From positions 56,384 through 120,383 of the forward strand of contig CAZGHW010000007.1 of the NCBI GenBank assembly GCA_964525695.1: a DNA stretch of 64,000 nt, written 5' to 3'. This stretch comes from an uncultured Rheinheimera sp. GTDB lineage: Bacteria; Pseudomonadota; Gammaproteobacteria; Enterobacterales; Alteromonadaceae. The notes under the pieces are model-generated. The model did not search any database and was not told the origin of the DNA. It worked only from the letters and a program-made list of their open reading frames with translations. Positions 9,312 to 18,491 of this stretch are shown here, piece after piece (within the stretch, counting starts at the first letter, position 1; the number at the start of each line of letters is the position of its first letter). Position numbers and translations under genes: made by a program.

Positions 9312-10901
9312 CTAAATTTTACTAAACCCATAACGCGCGACTTTTTCCAGTAACACCCGGTTGCTGTCCAGTGCCGCCACCAGTTGCTGGCATTTCTGCT
9401 GATTTTGCGCGAATAATTGCTGCGCCTGGCGTTGGGCCGACGGTTTGCCAGCCCGATACTCAGTTTGAAAGCCCATTCCCAACAACACATACAAATAGCT
9501 GGCAGCTGGGAACAAAGGATCACTGTAGCCAAAATCGGCGGCACTGGGTGGCTGATAATGCCAGTAAGCCAGTTGCTCAGTCAGATCAGCCGGTATCGTG
9601 CTGGCGAGGCGGTGATCGCGCCAATAGGGATCGGCAGTTTTTTCACTCAACACATAATGCAGTTTCAAAAAACTGATGATTTGCTGCCAGTGCTGACGAA
9701 AACGTTGATTCATTCTGGCGGCGGTCGCCGCCATTTGACTATGCCGTGCTGGCAACTGACTGGCAATAAATTGAGCGCTCCATTCAATCAGCGCCAGGGC
9801 TGACGCCTCTAACGGCTCAATAAAACCTGCGGCCATGCCGACGGCGACACAATTGCCTTGCCAGCAGCGTTGGTAATAGCCAGGCGTAAACCGAAGCGGC
9901 CGCAACTGGGCCTGACTGGCAGCGACAGCACCAAATTCAGCCTGCAGATACTGCTCGAGCTGTTGGGCGGCCTGTTCATCCGTTTGGTGGGCAGAGGAAT
10001 AAACATGCCCGACGCCACGCCGACTGGCCAGAGCAATATCCCAGATCCAACCAGCGGGCTTTGCACTGGACAAGGTACAGGACGCTATCGGACTGTCTGG
10101 TGCCGGATACGGCATTTGTACTGCCAGCGCCCTGTCATTAAACAACTGCTGGCTGGAACTGACAAAAGGCACTGCTAACTGCTGACCTAACAACAACGAG
10201 CGACTACCACTACAATCGATAAATAAATCCGCGCGAATATCGCCATGCTCGGCGGTAGTGAGGCGGTCGATCTCGCCATCCACCCGTTGATGAACCTCTA
10301 CAACATGATCCCTAAGGTAAGTCACGCCTAACTTGGTGCTGATATGTTGTTGCAATAACTCGCTGAATTTGTGGGCGTTGAGATGATAGCCATAGTTATT
10401 GATAAAACTGTATTCGGCGGTGCTGATTTGTTTCGGTGCCAGATGTAACTGACATAAACGAAATTGCTGGCATACCGCATCGGCATAAGCCACTTCTGCG
10501 CGAAACGGCTGCCAGTAACGGCATAACTGCAATTGCTGCCAGCCCTCTGGCAAACTAAAAGGATGTAAATAGCTGTCACTGTGACCATGGGCTGACAGCG
10601 TTTCTGCATCACTACGCCAGCCATGAAAGTAAGAGCCTTGTTTAAAGCTGGCTTCACAACAACGTAAAAAATCGGTTTCACTGAGGCCTATTTTTTCCAG
10701 TGTCAGCCGTAACGACGGCCAACTACCTTCGCCGACGCCAATAATGGCAACCTCAGGCGACTCCAGCAACGTAATGTGCAGCGGAGGCTCCGGCAAGAGC
10801 TTGCCTTGATCGGCATTATGTTCAGCCGCTAATAATCCGGCGGTGATCCAGCCTGCGGCACCGCCGCCGACAATCACAATAGTCCTTAACATTCTATCCA
10901 T
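9312..10901 (-). CDS. Flavin-dependent halogenase family protein, copy 2
   Basis: FAD motif IVIVGGGAAGW directly after M at 10901/10892 (the ORF-track start 10979 adds 26 non-homologous aa). Also GVGEGSWPSL, ASFKQGSYF, GWIWDIAL (WxWxI-A variant) and GFIEPLEASAL. Confidence 0.85.
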   Translation of the reverse strand: MDRMLRTIVIVGGGAAGWITAGLLAAEHNADQGKLLPEPPLHITLLESPEVAIIGVGEGSWPSLRLTLEKIGLSETDFLRCCEASFKQGSYFHGWRSDAETLSAHGHSDSYLHPFSLPEGWQQLQLCRYWQPFRAEVAYADAVCQQFRLCQLHLAPKQISTAEYSFINNYGYHLNAHKFSELLQQHISTKLGVTYLRDHVVEVHQRVDGEIDRLTTAEHGDIRADLFIDCSGSRSLLLGQQLAVPFVSSSQQLFNDRALAVQMPYPAPDSPIASCTLSSAKPAGWIWDIALASRRGVGHVYSSAHQTDEQAAQQLEQYLQAEFGAVAASQAQLRPLRFTPGYYQRCWQGNCVAVGMAAGFIEPLEASALALIEWSAQFIASQLPARHSQMAATAARMNQRFRQHWQQIISFLKLHYVLSEKTADPYWRDHRLASTIPADLTEQLAYWHYQPPSAADFGYSDPLFPAASYLYVLLGMGFQTEYRAGKPSAQRQAQQLFAQNQQKCQQLVAALDSNRVLLEKVARYGFSKI

Positions 10902-11024
10902 TGTTCTTACCCACAACTGGCAACGACCTGGCATCACAACCGCATTGGCTGGATCGGTCACCATGGCAATCCTGTTCAAACTTTAATCTAGCGCATCTGG
11001 CACTGACTTGTCTGCCTGTGGCAG

Positions 11025-11060
11025 AAAAAACACAGGCACTGCCGGGGAACAGCGCCTGTG
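11025..11060 (-). terminator. Intrinsic terminator/attenuator just after the TonB-dependent receptor gene
   Basis: Minus strand reads CACAGGC-N16-GCCTGTG followed by TTTTTT, 11 nt after the stop at 11071-11073. Confidence 0.6.
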
Positions 11061-11070
11061 TGCTTCGTGG

Positions 11071-14043
11071 TTAGAAGCTGTAACGCGCACCCACACTATA
11101 GCGGGAGCCGGTTTCAACCAGGCTTAACACCTGCTCTTTGGCCCGACCATGGACCCGGCTGTACTCATCCGTCAGATTCAAGGCTTCAACATAAAGCGTT
11201 AAGCCCTGTACCATCGGCAATTCATAGCTGACGGACAAATCAACCTGCGAATAAGCTTCGGTATATTTCGGATTGGCACCGGTATCTTGCCCGCGGGAGT
11301 TAAGGAACTCATCCCGCCAGTTATAAGCAATCCGGGCCTGAAAACCATAATTTTCATAAAACAGGATGGCATTGGCAGTATCACTGAGGCCAACCAGCGC
11401 TGGCTGATCCCGCAGCAGGAAATTGTCATACTCAGTGTCACTGTCGACCAGGGTGTAATTGCCAATCACGCCAAAACCAGTGTCACCAAAAGCGTGCTGC
11501 ACCGTCAGTTCCCAGCCGGAAATGGTTTTGCTGCCAGGTTCATTGGTCGGCGTATCAATTTTGAATACCATCAGCTTATCTTGCGCGGCATTACCAATAA
11601 TGGCCTTGCCAGCAACATCAACAAAGGGATCGTTCGGATAGTTTTCAAAGATCCATTTACGAATTGCGCCTGCATCAGCCCCAACTGCTGCCAGCGCCTG
11701 GTTATAACGCTGACCATCGGCAGGGTTATAAATACCGGCAATGGTAGTATCCACTTTTTGCGCACTGATAAAATTGGTCGTTTCTTTGCGGAAATACCCA
11801 ACGGACGTATAACTCGAAGGGGCGTAATACCATTCGGCCGAAAAATCATAATTTTTTGATTCCAATGGCAATAATGACGGCACCCCGATAGTGCCACCAC
11901 CACCGGCTCTATTGGCAATAGTGCCAAGCACCCGTCCACCCTGAATCGAAACATAATCAGGCCGGCCAATGGTCTCACTGTAAGCGGCCCGCAGCATCAC
12001 ATCATCCACCACTTCAATATTAAAATTGAAGTTTGGTAGCACATAATCATAATCGCCTTGCTGAGTTTGATACTCGCGCTTACCAGTCGCAATTAATGGG
12101 ATCTCAGTATCCGCGGTCCATTTAGCCCCGTTATAAGAGGCAACCGCAGAAGTCGAAGTGACATCGGTCGATTCATAACGAATCCCTAAATGCACATCAT
12201 AAGGTCTGCCATTCCAGTCAGCTGCATAGTTGTATTGCAAATACGCTGCTTGGGATTCTTCTAATGTATAACGGTCAATATCGCGGGCATAATCGGTACT
12301 TGGGCAAAAATCGGTGCCACAATCGCCATTGCCTTTATAGCCGGCTGGGGTATAGAGTTGCTCAGCCCTATCGCGGATGCCGTAGAAATCCCAGAAAAAT
12401 ATTTTATTCAGTAGCTCATAGTTTTTGCCACTGGCGGCAGAGAAATCACCTTTTGACGCCGAAAATTTGTCATGAATGGTTTCCACCGGAAATAAACCAG
12501 CATCGAAGTCACCGGCTTTACCGACGCCACCCCAATCATTACGCTGCACATTGACCGATTTGGAATGATTATCCACATCTGTCATCGCCAGACCAAAATC
12601 GATGCTGCTTTGTTCGGTCAACTCATAACTGCCTTTGAGTTGATATTGGTCGATCACCGAGCGATTTTCTGAATTGGTAAAGTTGCTGCCGGTCACCCGC
12701 ATATCGGCCGGCGTCATAGTGTTGCCGCCCCCCACCGCTAAGGCTGGCAAATCACCACTAAAATCAGTGGCGGCATACATCCGGACAAAAGCCGCCATAC
12801 TCAGACCATTATTCGAACCCAAGGCATGATTCGGTGTATTTTCAGCATCAGAATGATGCGCATCAAAGGTCAGTTTCAATTTATCTGTCGCTTCCCACTC
12901 CAGATTAAAACCGGCTGAACCACTTTCATTACGCACACCATAATCACCGGCGCCCATCGATAGATCCTGCGGCGTGGCGTAGTTCTCAGCATAAATCAGC
13001 GGTGAGGCTACCGGACCATCAGTCCAGACGTTTTGGGAAGGCGCAAAGGTAAACCAAGCCGAGATATCGTTGTATTGAGTGTCGATATCATTGCGCATGT
13101 AGGTGTAGTCTAAAGTCGCTTTGACACTGTCAACCGGACTATATTGCAACACCAATTGCCCATTGGTCCTGACCCGCTGCTGCTCTTCAAACTTATAAAT
13201 GGTGGTTTGCGGCACTGAATAGACATCGGTCGGACCTGGTCTGTTGACCTGACCTGTTTGTGGCACGCCGCCCCACTCGCCGGTACCGGCATCATAATTA
13301 TCATCGGCCTTACCGGAAAAACTGCGCCAACCAGTGCCGACATTGGCTTGTTGATTGCCACTTTCGCGCTCCTGATAGCTGCCCGATAACATCACGCCAA
13401 ACTGATTATCAGCAAAGGTGTTGGAATATAAGGCTGAAAACTCAGGCGTCATATCGCCTTTATCACTGGATTGATCGTCCACCATGGAAAAATTGGCGGT
13501 GGCTTTCATGCCTGGCGAATTTAACGGCCGCAGGGTTTCAACATTAATGGTTGAACCTATACCACCAGTCGGGTTAGCGGCATAAGCCGTTTTATGCACC
13601 TGCACCCCACTGATGGAATCTGAAGCAATATTGGCAAAATCAAAGGAACGTGAGCCTGTGGTGACCGGCATTTGGCGGCCATTTAACGTTACCAGGTTAA
13701 AATCCGGACCAAAGCCGCGAACACTGACGCGGCTGCCTTCACCATTGACCCGATCAATGGACACGCCGGATATCCGTTGTAAAGATTCGGCCAGATTGGT
13801 ATCGGGGAATTTACCGATATCTTCTGCTGAAATGGCATCCACAATGCCGTCAGACGAACGTTTGGTATCCATCGCTTTGATCAGACTGCCGCGAATACCG
13901 CTGACGGCGATGACTTCGATCGGTTGTTGTTCAGCAGTAGTTTGCTGAGCGAATGCCGGTAAGCCAAGGCCGATACCACCAAAACCCAGCACCATAGATA
14001 AACTACTGGCGATCCTGCTTTTGGTAAATTTCTTTGCTTTCAT
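11071..14043 (-). CDS. TonB-dependent outer-membrane receptor (glycan-type, about 990 aa)
   Basis: Signal peptide ...GLGLPAFAQQ, plug domain (DAISAEDIGKFPDTNLAESLQRISGVSI), long beta-barrel and a terminal aromatic residue (...RYSF). Confidence 0.95.
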   Translation of the reverse strand: MKAKKFTKSRIASSLSMVLGFGGIGLGLPAFAQQTTAEQQPIEVIAVSGIRGSLIKAMDTKRSSDGIVDAISAEDIGKFPDTNLAESLQRISGVSIDRVNGEGSRVSVRGFGPDFNLVTLNGRQMPVTTGSRSFDFANIASDSISGVQVHKTAYAANPTGGIGSTINVETLRPLNSPGMKATANFSMVDDQSSDKGDMTPEFSALYSNTFADNQFGVMLSGSYQERESGNQQANVGTGWRSFSGKADDNYDAGTGEWGGVPQTGQVNRPGPTDVYSVPQTTIYKFEEQQRVRTNGQLVLQYSPVDSVKATLDYTYMRNDIDTQYNDISAWFTFAPSQNVWTDGPVASPLIYAENYATPQDLSMGAGDYGVRNESGSAGFNLEWEATDKLKLTFDAHHSDAENTPNHALGSNNGLSMAAFVRMYAATDFSGDLPALAVGGGNTMTPADMRVTGSNFTNSENRSVIDQYQLKGSYELTEQSSIDFGLAMTDVDNHSKSVNVQRNDWGGVGKAGDFDAGLFPVETIHDKFSASKGDFSAASGKNYELLNKIFFWDFYGIRDRAEQLYTPAGYKGNGDCGTDFCPSTDYARDIDRYTLEESQAAYLQYNYAADWNGRPYDVHLGIRYESTDVTSTSAVASYNGAKWTADTEIPLIATGKREYQTQQGDYDYVLPNFNFNIEVVDDVMLRAAYSETIGRPDYVSIQGGRVLGTIANRAGGGGTIGVPSLLPLESKNYDFSAEWYYAPSSYTSVGYFRKETTNFISAQKVDTTIAGIYNPADGQRYNQALAAVGADAGAIRKWIFENYPNDPFVDVAGKAIIGNAAQDKLMVFKIDTPTNEPGSKTISGWELTVQHAFGDTGFGVIGNYTLVDSDTEYDNFLLRDQPALVGLSDTANAILFYENYGFQARIAYNWRDEFLNSRGQDTGANPKYTEAYSQVDLSVSYELPMVQGLTLYVEALNLTDEYSRVHGRAKEQVLSLVETGSRYSVGARYSF

Positions 14044-14140
14044 GATGTTATCCCTGTCGACTGTTTTTTTGCCGCTGCTATTTCACATAGCTTTTTCTCA
14101 GTTGGCGCTCAGTCGGGGGCTAATACCATGGAACCACCAT

Positions 14141-14156
14141 TTGTAAGCGCTTACAA
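14141..14156. promoter_or_regulatory. LacI-family operator upstream of the TonB-dependent receptor
   Basis: TTGTAAGCGCTTACAA is a perfect 16-bp palindrome whose core TGTAAGCGCTTACA fits TGNAANCGNTTNCA. It lies about 98 bp upstream of the TBDR ATG. Confidence 0.65.
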
Positions 14157-14456
14157 AACGTAGGTGATATTTCTGCAATCGTCAAATCGAAAAATCTCAA
14201 GTCTGTATCGAAATATCAGACCAACAGCGGTCAAAAATCAAGCAAACTTAAACAATACAGTTGCAGCAATCACAAGCCTTAGCTGCTGGCCGAAAACCGC
14301 TAAAAAACGGCCTATTTACAGCTAAAAAAATATTTTATTGGCCCAGCAACGACCCATTACAACAAAAAAACTTTGACCGAGACTGCTCCAACCAGCTTTT
14401 GCCTTCGTATACTGGCGGGACTGCAGACGGCAGTCTTTGACAAGGGACAGATTTAC

Positions 14457-14828
14457 ATGCTTAGTTACGCAACTATCGGGGTCAATGATTTGACCAAAGC
14501 CCGCGCTTTTTATACTGAATTATTGGCCGATCTCGGTGCCAAACCGCTGCTGGAGATGGATAGAATCATCTTTTTTGGCAAAAACATGACCAAACCTATG
14601 TTGGCTATTTGTATCCCTTTTAACAAAGAGCCAGCCCAGCCAGGCAATGGCACTATGGTAGCCATCAGTCCAGGCAATAAAGCCGCTGTCGATGAGCTGT
14701 ACCACAAAGCAATCAGTCTGGGAGCCAGCTGTGACGGCGCGCCAGGCCAACGTATTCCGGATATGTTTTATGGTGCTTATATCCGCGATTTAGATGGCAA
14801 CAAAATTGCCTTTACTCATTTTGGCTAA
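14457..14828 (+). CDS. VOC (glyoxalase/bleomycin-resistance/dioxygenase) family protein
   Basis: Starts MLSYATIGVNDLTKARAFYTELL (typical VOC N-terminus) at ATG 14457. The ORF-track start 14373 is a non-ATG extension. Confidence 0.75.
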   Translation: MLSYATIGVNDLTKARAFYTELLADLGAKPLLEMDRIIFFGKNMTKPMLAICIPFNKEPAQPGNGTMVAISPGNKAAVDELYHKAISLGASCDGAPGQRIPDMFYGAYIRDLDGNKIAFTHFG

Positions 14829-14831
14829 TAG

Positions 14832-15533
14832 ATGCAGTTACATAGTGATTTACGCCAACGTATTGTGCTGACCCCGGAGCAACATCAGTGGGTCGATTCA
14901 CCAATGGCTGGCGTAAGCCGGATGATGCTGGAGCGGGCCGGTGCTGAAACCGCCCGCGCCACCAGTCTGGTCCGTTATGCCCCAGGTGCCGGTTATCACG
15001 CCCATACCCATGGCGGCGGGGAAGAAATTCTGGTGCTGTCTGGTGTTTTCTCTGACGAGCATGGCGACTATCCGGCTGGCACATATTTGCGTAACCCTCC
15101 AGGCAGCAGCCATACCCCTTTTTCTGTACCTGGTTGTGAGTTGTTGGTGAAACTTTGGCAGTTCCAGGCCAACGATCAACAAACACTGGTACTGGACACC
15201 AACAGCAGTAGTTTTGTCGCCGGACTGGTGCCGGGTTTAACAGTCTTACCTTTGCATCAGCATGATGGTGTGCAGACGGCACTGGTGCGGTGGGCACCGC
15301 ACACGCGGTTTAATCGCCATGTGCATGTTGGCGGCGAAGAAATATTGGTGTTGCAGGGGTTGTTCTGCGACGAGTATGGCGAATATCCGGCCCAGAGCTG
15401 GATCCGCAGCCCTGCCTACAGTCAGCATCAGCCCTATACCCGTGATGCAGGAGCGCTGATTTATGTCAAAACTGGTTTTGTCGGCGCTGGTTTACTCGGT
15501 GATGACTGGTTACAAGCAACAAGCGCCAGTTAA
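14832..15533 (+). CDS. ChrR-like double cupin protein (no anti-sigma zinc-binding domain)
   Basis: 233 aa. Two repeats of H.H.GGEEILVL.G.F.DE.G.YP (HAHTHGGGEEILVLSG and RHVHVGGEEILVLQG). Confidence 0.7.
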   Translation: MQLHSDLRQRIVLTPEQHQWVDSPMAGVSRMMLERAGAETARATSLVRYAPGAGYHAHTHGGGEEILVLSGVFSDEHGDYPAGTYLRNPPGSSHTPFSVPGCELLVKLWQFQANDQQTLVLDTNSSSFVAGLVPGLTVLPLHQHDGVQTALVRWAPHTRFNRHVHVGGEEILVLQGLFCDEYGEYPAQSWIRSPAYSQHQPYTRDAGALIYVKTGFVGAGLLGDDWLQATSAS

Positions 15534-15602
15534 AAGCACTGGCCGGTCGTGATCGCAGCGGCTACACTGCCAGCCAATTTATTTTCAGTCGGCGGCCAGT
15601 CC

Positions 15603-17087
15603 ATGCAAACTCAACACAGTTACCAACAATTACCGGCAGAATTTTTTCAGCTGTGTGCCCCCACACCTGTGGCTGCACCACAGTGGTTGGCCTTTAATAC
15701 TGAACTGGCGGCTGAACTGAATTTTCCAGCTGAACTGGCGGGCACTGAGGCCGGACTACAACTGCTGGCAGGCAATCAATTAGCAGCCTGGGCCAGCCCA
15801 CTGGCGCAAGCTTATAGCGGTCATCAATTTGGCCATTTGTCACCCAGGTTGGGCGATGGTAGAGCGTTATTGCTGGCAGAGATTATTGATCGGCGAGGCC
15901 ATATTGTCGATTTGCAGCTCAAAGGCGCAGGTCCGACCCCCTTTTCGCGCCGTGGCGATGGCCGCTCCGCCTTGGGTCCGGTGATCCGTGAATACTTAGT
16001 TAGTGAAGCCATGCATGCGCTTGGCGTACCGACCAGCCGGGCGCTGGCGGCGGTGATCAGTGGTGAGCCTGTGGTGCGGGAGCGCTTACAGCCTGGCGGT
16101 ATTTTAAGCCGGGTTGCCAGCAGTCATCTGCGCATCGGTACTTTTCAATATGTGGCGATGCTCAATGACAACGCCAAATTGAGCCAGTTACTGGAGTATG
16201 CACTGACACGGCATTATCCGGCGGCACTGCAGGCTGACAATAAAGCACTAGCGTTATTGCAGCAGGTCAGCCAGGCGCAAGCAGCGCTGGTGGCGCACTG
16301 GATGAGTTTGGGTTTTATCCATGGGGTGATGAATACCGACAATATGTCCATTAGCGGCGAAACCATTGATTATGGTCCCTGTGCTTTTCTGGACCAATAT
16401 CAACCGGCCACAGTGTTCAGCTCTATTGATCAGCAAGGTCGTTATGCCTATCGCAACCAACCGGCCATTGCGCAGTGGAATCTGGCCCGACTGGCGGAAG
16501 CATTATTGCCGCTACTCGCTGCTGATGAAAAAACCGCCATTGCCGTTGCCACCGCCGAGTTAAATCAGTTTCCGCAGTATTATCAGCAGCAATTTCATCA
16601 GCGGATGGCCGCCAAACTAGGTTTCTCTGCCGCAATGCAAAGCAGTCACAGCGATAGCCTGGCGCAACTGATCCAGCAATGGCTGGATTTATTACAGCAG
16701 CAACAGGCTGATTTTACCGCTTGTCATCGCCAATTAGCGGCTGCACTTGCCGATCCCGCCCATCCGGCAGGCCCGACCCAGCTCTATAGTGCAACTGCCG
16801 ACTGGTTGGCTTTTTATCAGCAATGGCAGCACTTACGTGCGCAGGATAGTCAGCAGCAAGCCAGCAGTTGTCAGCAACAAATGCTGGCCGTCAATCCGGC
16901 GTTTATTCCGCGTAATCATCAAATTGAACAAATTATCGACCAGGTGACAACGCAGCAGGAGCTCGGATTATTTCAGCAGTTTGCCCGTGATTTAACGACG
17001 CCTTTTGCCCTTGGCGCTGATGCAAGCCGCTGGGCGGCAGTGCCAGAGCCTACAACTACGCCTTATCGCACTTTTTGTGGTACTTAA
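15603..17087 (+). CDS. selO: Protein adenylyltransferase SelO (YdiU)
   Basis: Motifs YSGHQFGHLSPRLGDGRALLL, LQLKGAGPTPFSRRGDGR and GFIHGVMNTDNMSI. ATG at 15603. Confidence 0.9.
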   Translation: MQTQHSYQQLPAEFFQLCAPTPVAAPQWLAFNTELAAELNFPAELAGTEAGLQLLAGNQLAAWASPLAQAYSGHQFGHLSPRLGDGRALLLAEIIDRRGHIVDLQLKGAGPTPFSRRGDGRSALGPVIREYLVSEAMHALGVPTSRALAAVISGEPVVRERLQPGGILSRVASSHLRIGTFQYVAMLNDNAKLSQLLEYALTRHYPAALQADNKALALLQQVSQAQAALVAHWMSLGFIHGVMNTDNMSISGETIDYGPCAFLDQYQPATVFSSIDQQGRYAYRNQPAIAQWNLARLAEALLPLLAADEKTAIAVATAELNQFPQYYQQQFHQRMAAKLGFSAAMQSSHSDSLAQLIQQWLDLLQQQQADFTACHRQLAAALADPAHPAGPTQLYSATADWLAFYQQWQHLRAQDSQQQASSCQQQMLAVNPAFIPRNHQIEQIIDQVTTQQELGLFQQFARDLTTPFALGADASRWAAVPEPTTTPYRTFCGT

Positions 17088-17537
17088 CAAAACAAAACCC
17101 TGTTGCAGACATCTCCCTGACAGAGTGCAACAGGGTGAACGCAGCCCCGAAAAGGCTTGATACCACTCGTTTTTCGGCATCACAACAGCGCAAAACAGCC
17201 GCTGTTGTTGCTGAACTTGCCCTTAGCATAACCACTGGCTGCAAGCTGTTCGCGAAGGACAATCTGCATCGCACAACCAAAGCAGAAGCAGCTTTGTTAG
17301 ATACGAAGAATTTGACCATCCAACAACAATTTTGTGCAACATTGGCAACGGAAAAGTTCGAAGCTATTGTAAAGTTTTACGGACTGAGCCGCGCCAGCCT
17401 ATTCAGCACCACAGCTCCGTCTTTTTCTGCGCCCGCCTTACAGTAAAGCCTATAAATGCGTTCCTAACAAAACTATTTATATAAACTTTTAGTAAACAAG
17501 CAAAGCAGTCCTGACTGCAGCCATCACCTGAATGGAG

Positions 17538-18437
17538 TTACCATTTCATCTCGCCGGTATTGACCTTCGCGCTGATTGCCAGCGAATCTTCCCCTGCTAA
17601 AGCCGGATATTGTTGCTTTAAAGCCTTGATCACCGCAGCCGATCCTTGCTGACTGGCCAAGGCAACTTCAAATGCTTGCAGATACTGTTTGGTAAAAGTA
17701 ACAGCCGCCAGCCCGGTCGGTTCAGCACCATGGAAGTGTCCAGGGATCACCCGCGCTGGCTGCAAAGCACTGATTTGATTAAGTGCTTGTAACCAGCTGG
17801 CTCTGGCTGCTTTGCTCTGGGTATCGGCAGTCCAAACATGAGTACCGGCATAGACCGCCACCCCACCAAATACGGTTTTGCTGGCTGGTGCCCACAGATA
17901 GGCCTGGTGGCTATTGATATTTTTCACTTCGATCTGCTCGCCATCCAGCTGGAAAACTTGTTGATCTGACACTACTGGCACCACCAGTTCAGTCGGTGCA
18001 TTAGCGGCCAGAATTGGCCCCCAATAAGCTAACTTGGCGGCTTTGGTCTGCTCGATATGCGCAACGACACTGCGACTAGCCACTATTTTTACCTTGGGAA
18101 AAGCCTGGCGGATGGCCGATAAACCAAAATAAAAATCCGGATCGCCGCTGCTGATATAGACCAGACTCAGTTGTTTGCCACTTTGTTTAATCATCTCGAC
18201 CAGCTTGGCCGCGTCTTTGACGCCAAACTGCGCATCCACCAGCATGGCGGACTTCGGGCCTGTCACCAGCGTCGCTGCCACCGGAAATATGCCCTGACTG
18301 CCAGGGTTATACACCTGAAACTGCAGCGCAGCCTGACTGGCGGTGCTGTATAAGGCACTACTAGTCAACAGTACAAGGCTGCTGACCAATTTCAGCCGAC
18401 GGATATGGTTCACAAAGGTATTGCGGATATTGTTCAT
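17538..18437 (-). CDS. Secreted MBL-fold protein with a degenerate metal-binding motif
   Basis: Signal peptide ...LLTSSALYSTASQA. MBL-like layout, but the HxHxDH position reads ISSGDPDFYFG. A distal ...VIPGHFHG is present. Start ATG 18437 is preceded by GAGAG. Confidence 0.55.
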   Translation of the reverse strand: MNNIRNTFVNHIRRLKLVSSLVLLTSSALYSTASQAALQFQVYNPGSQGIFPVAATLVTGPKSAMLVDAQFGVKDAAKLVEMIKQSGKQLSLVYISSGDPDFYFGLSAIRQAFPKVKIVASRSVVAHIEQTKAAKLAYWGPILAANAPTELVVPVVSDQQVFQLDGEQIEVKNINSHQAYLWAPASKTVFGGVAVYAGTHVWTADTQSKAARASWLQALNQISALQPARVIPGHFHGAEPTGLAAVTFTKQYLQAFEVALASQQGSAAVIKALKQQYPALAGEDSLAISAKVNTGEMKW

Positions 18438-18491
18438 CTTGCTCTCACTTTCATGGTTGTGGTTCATTCATCACAGATTGCTGACGACTGT

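Noticed and set aside
17075-17446. 123-aa ORF on the plus strand after selO.
   Set aside because: It starts inside selO and has no RBS and no recognisable motif. The stretch is better described as non-coding DNA with hairpins (see the finding for 17088-17537).
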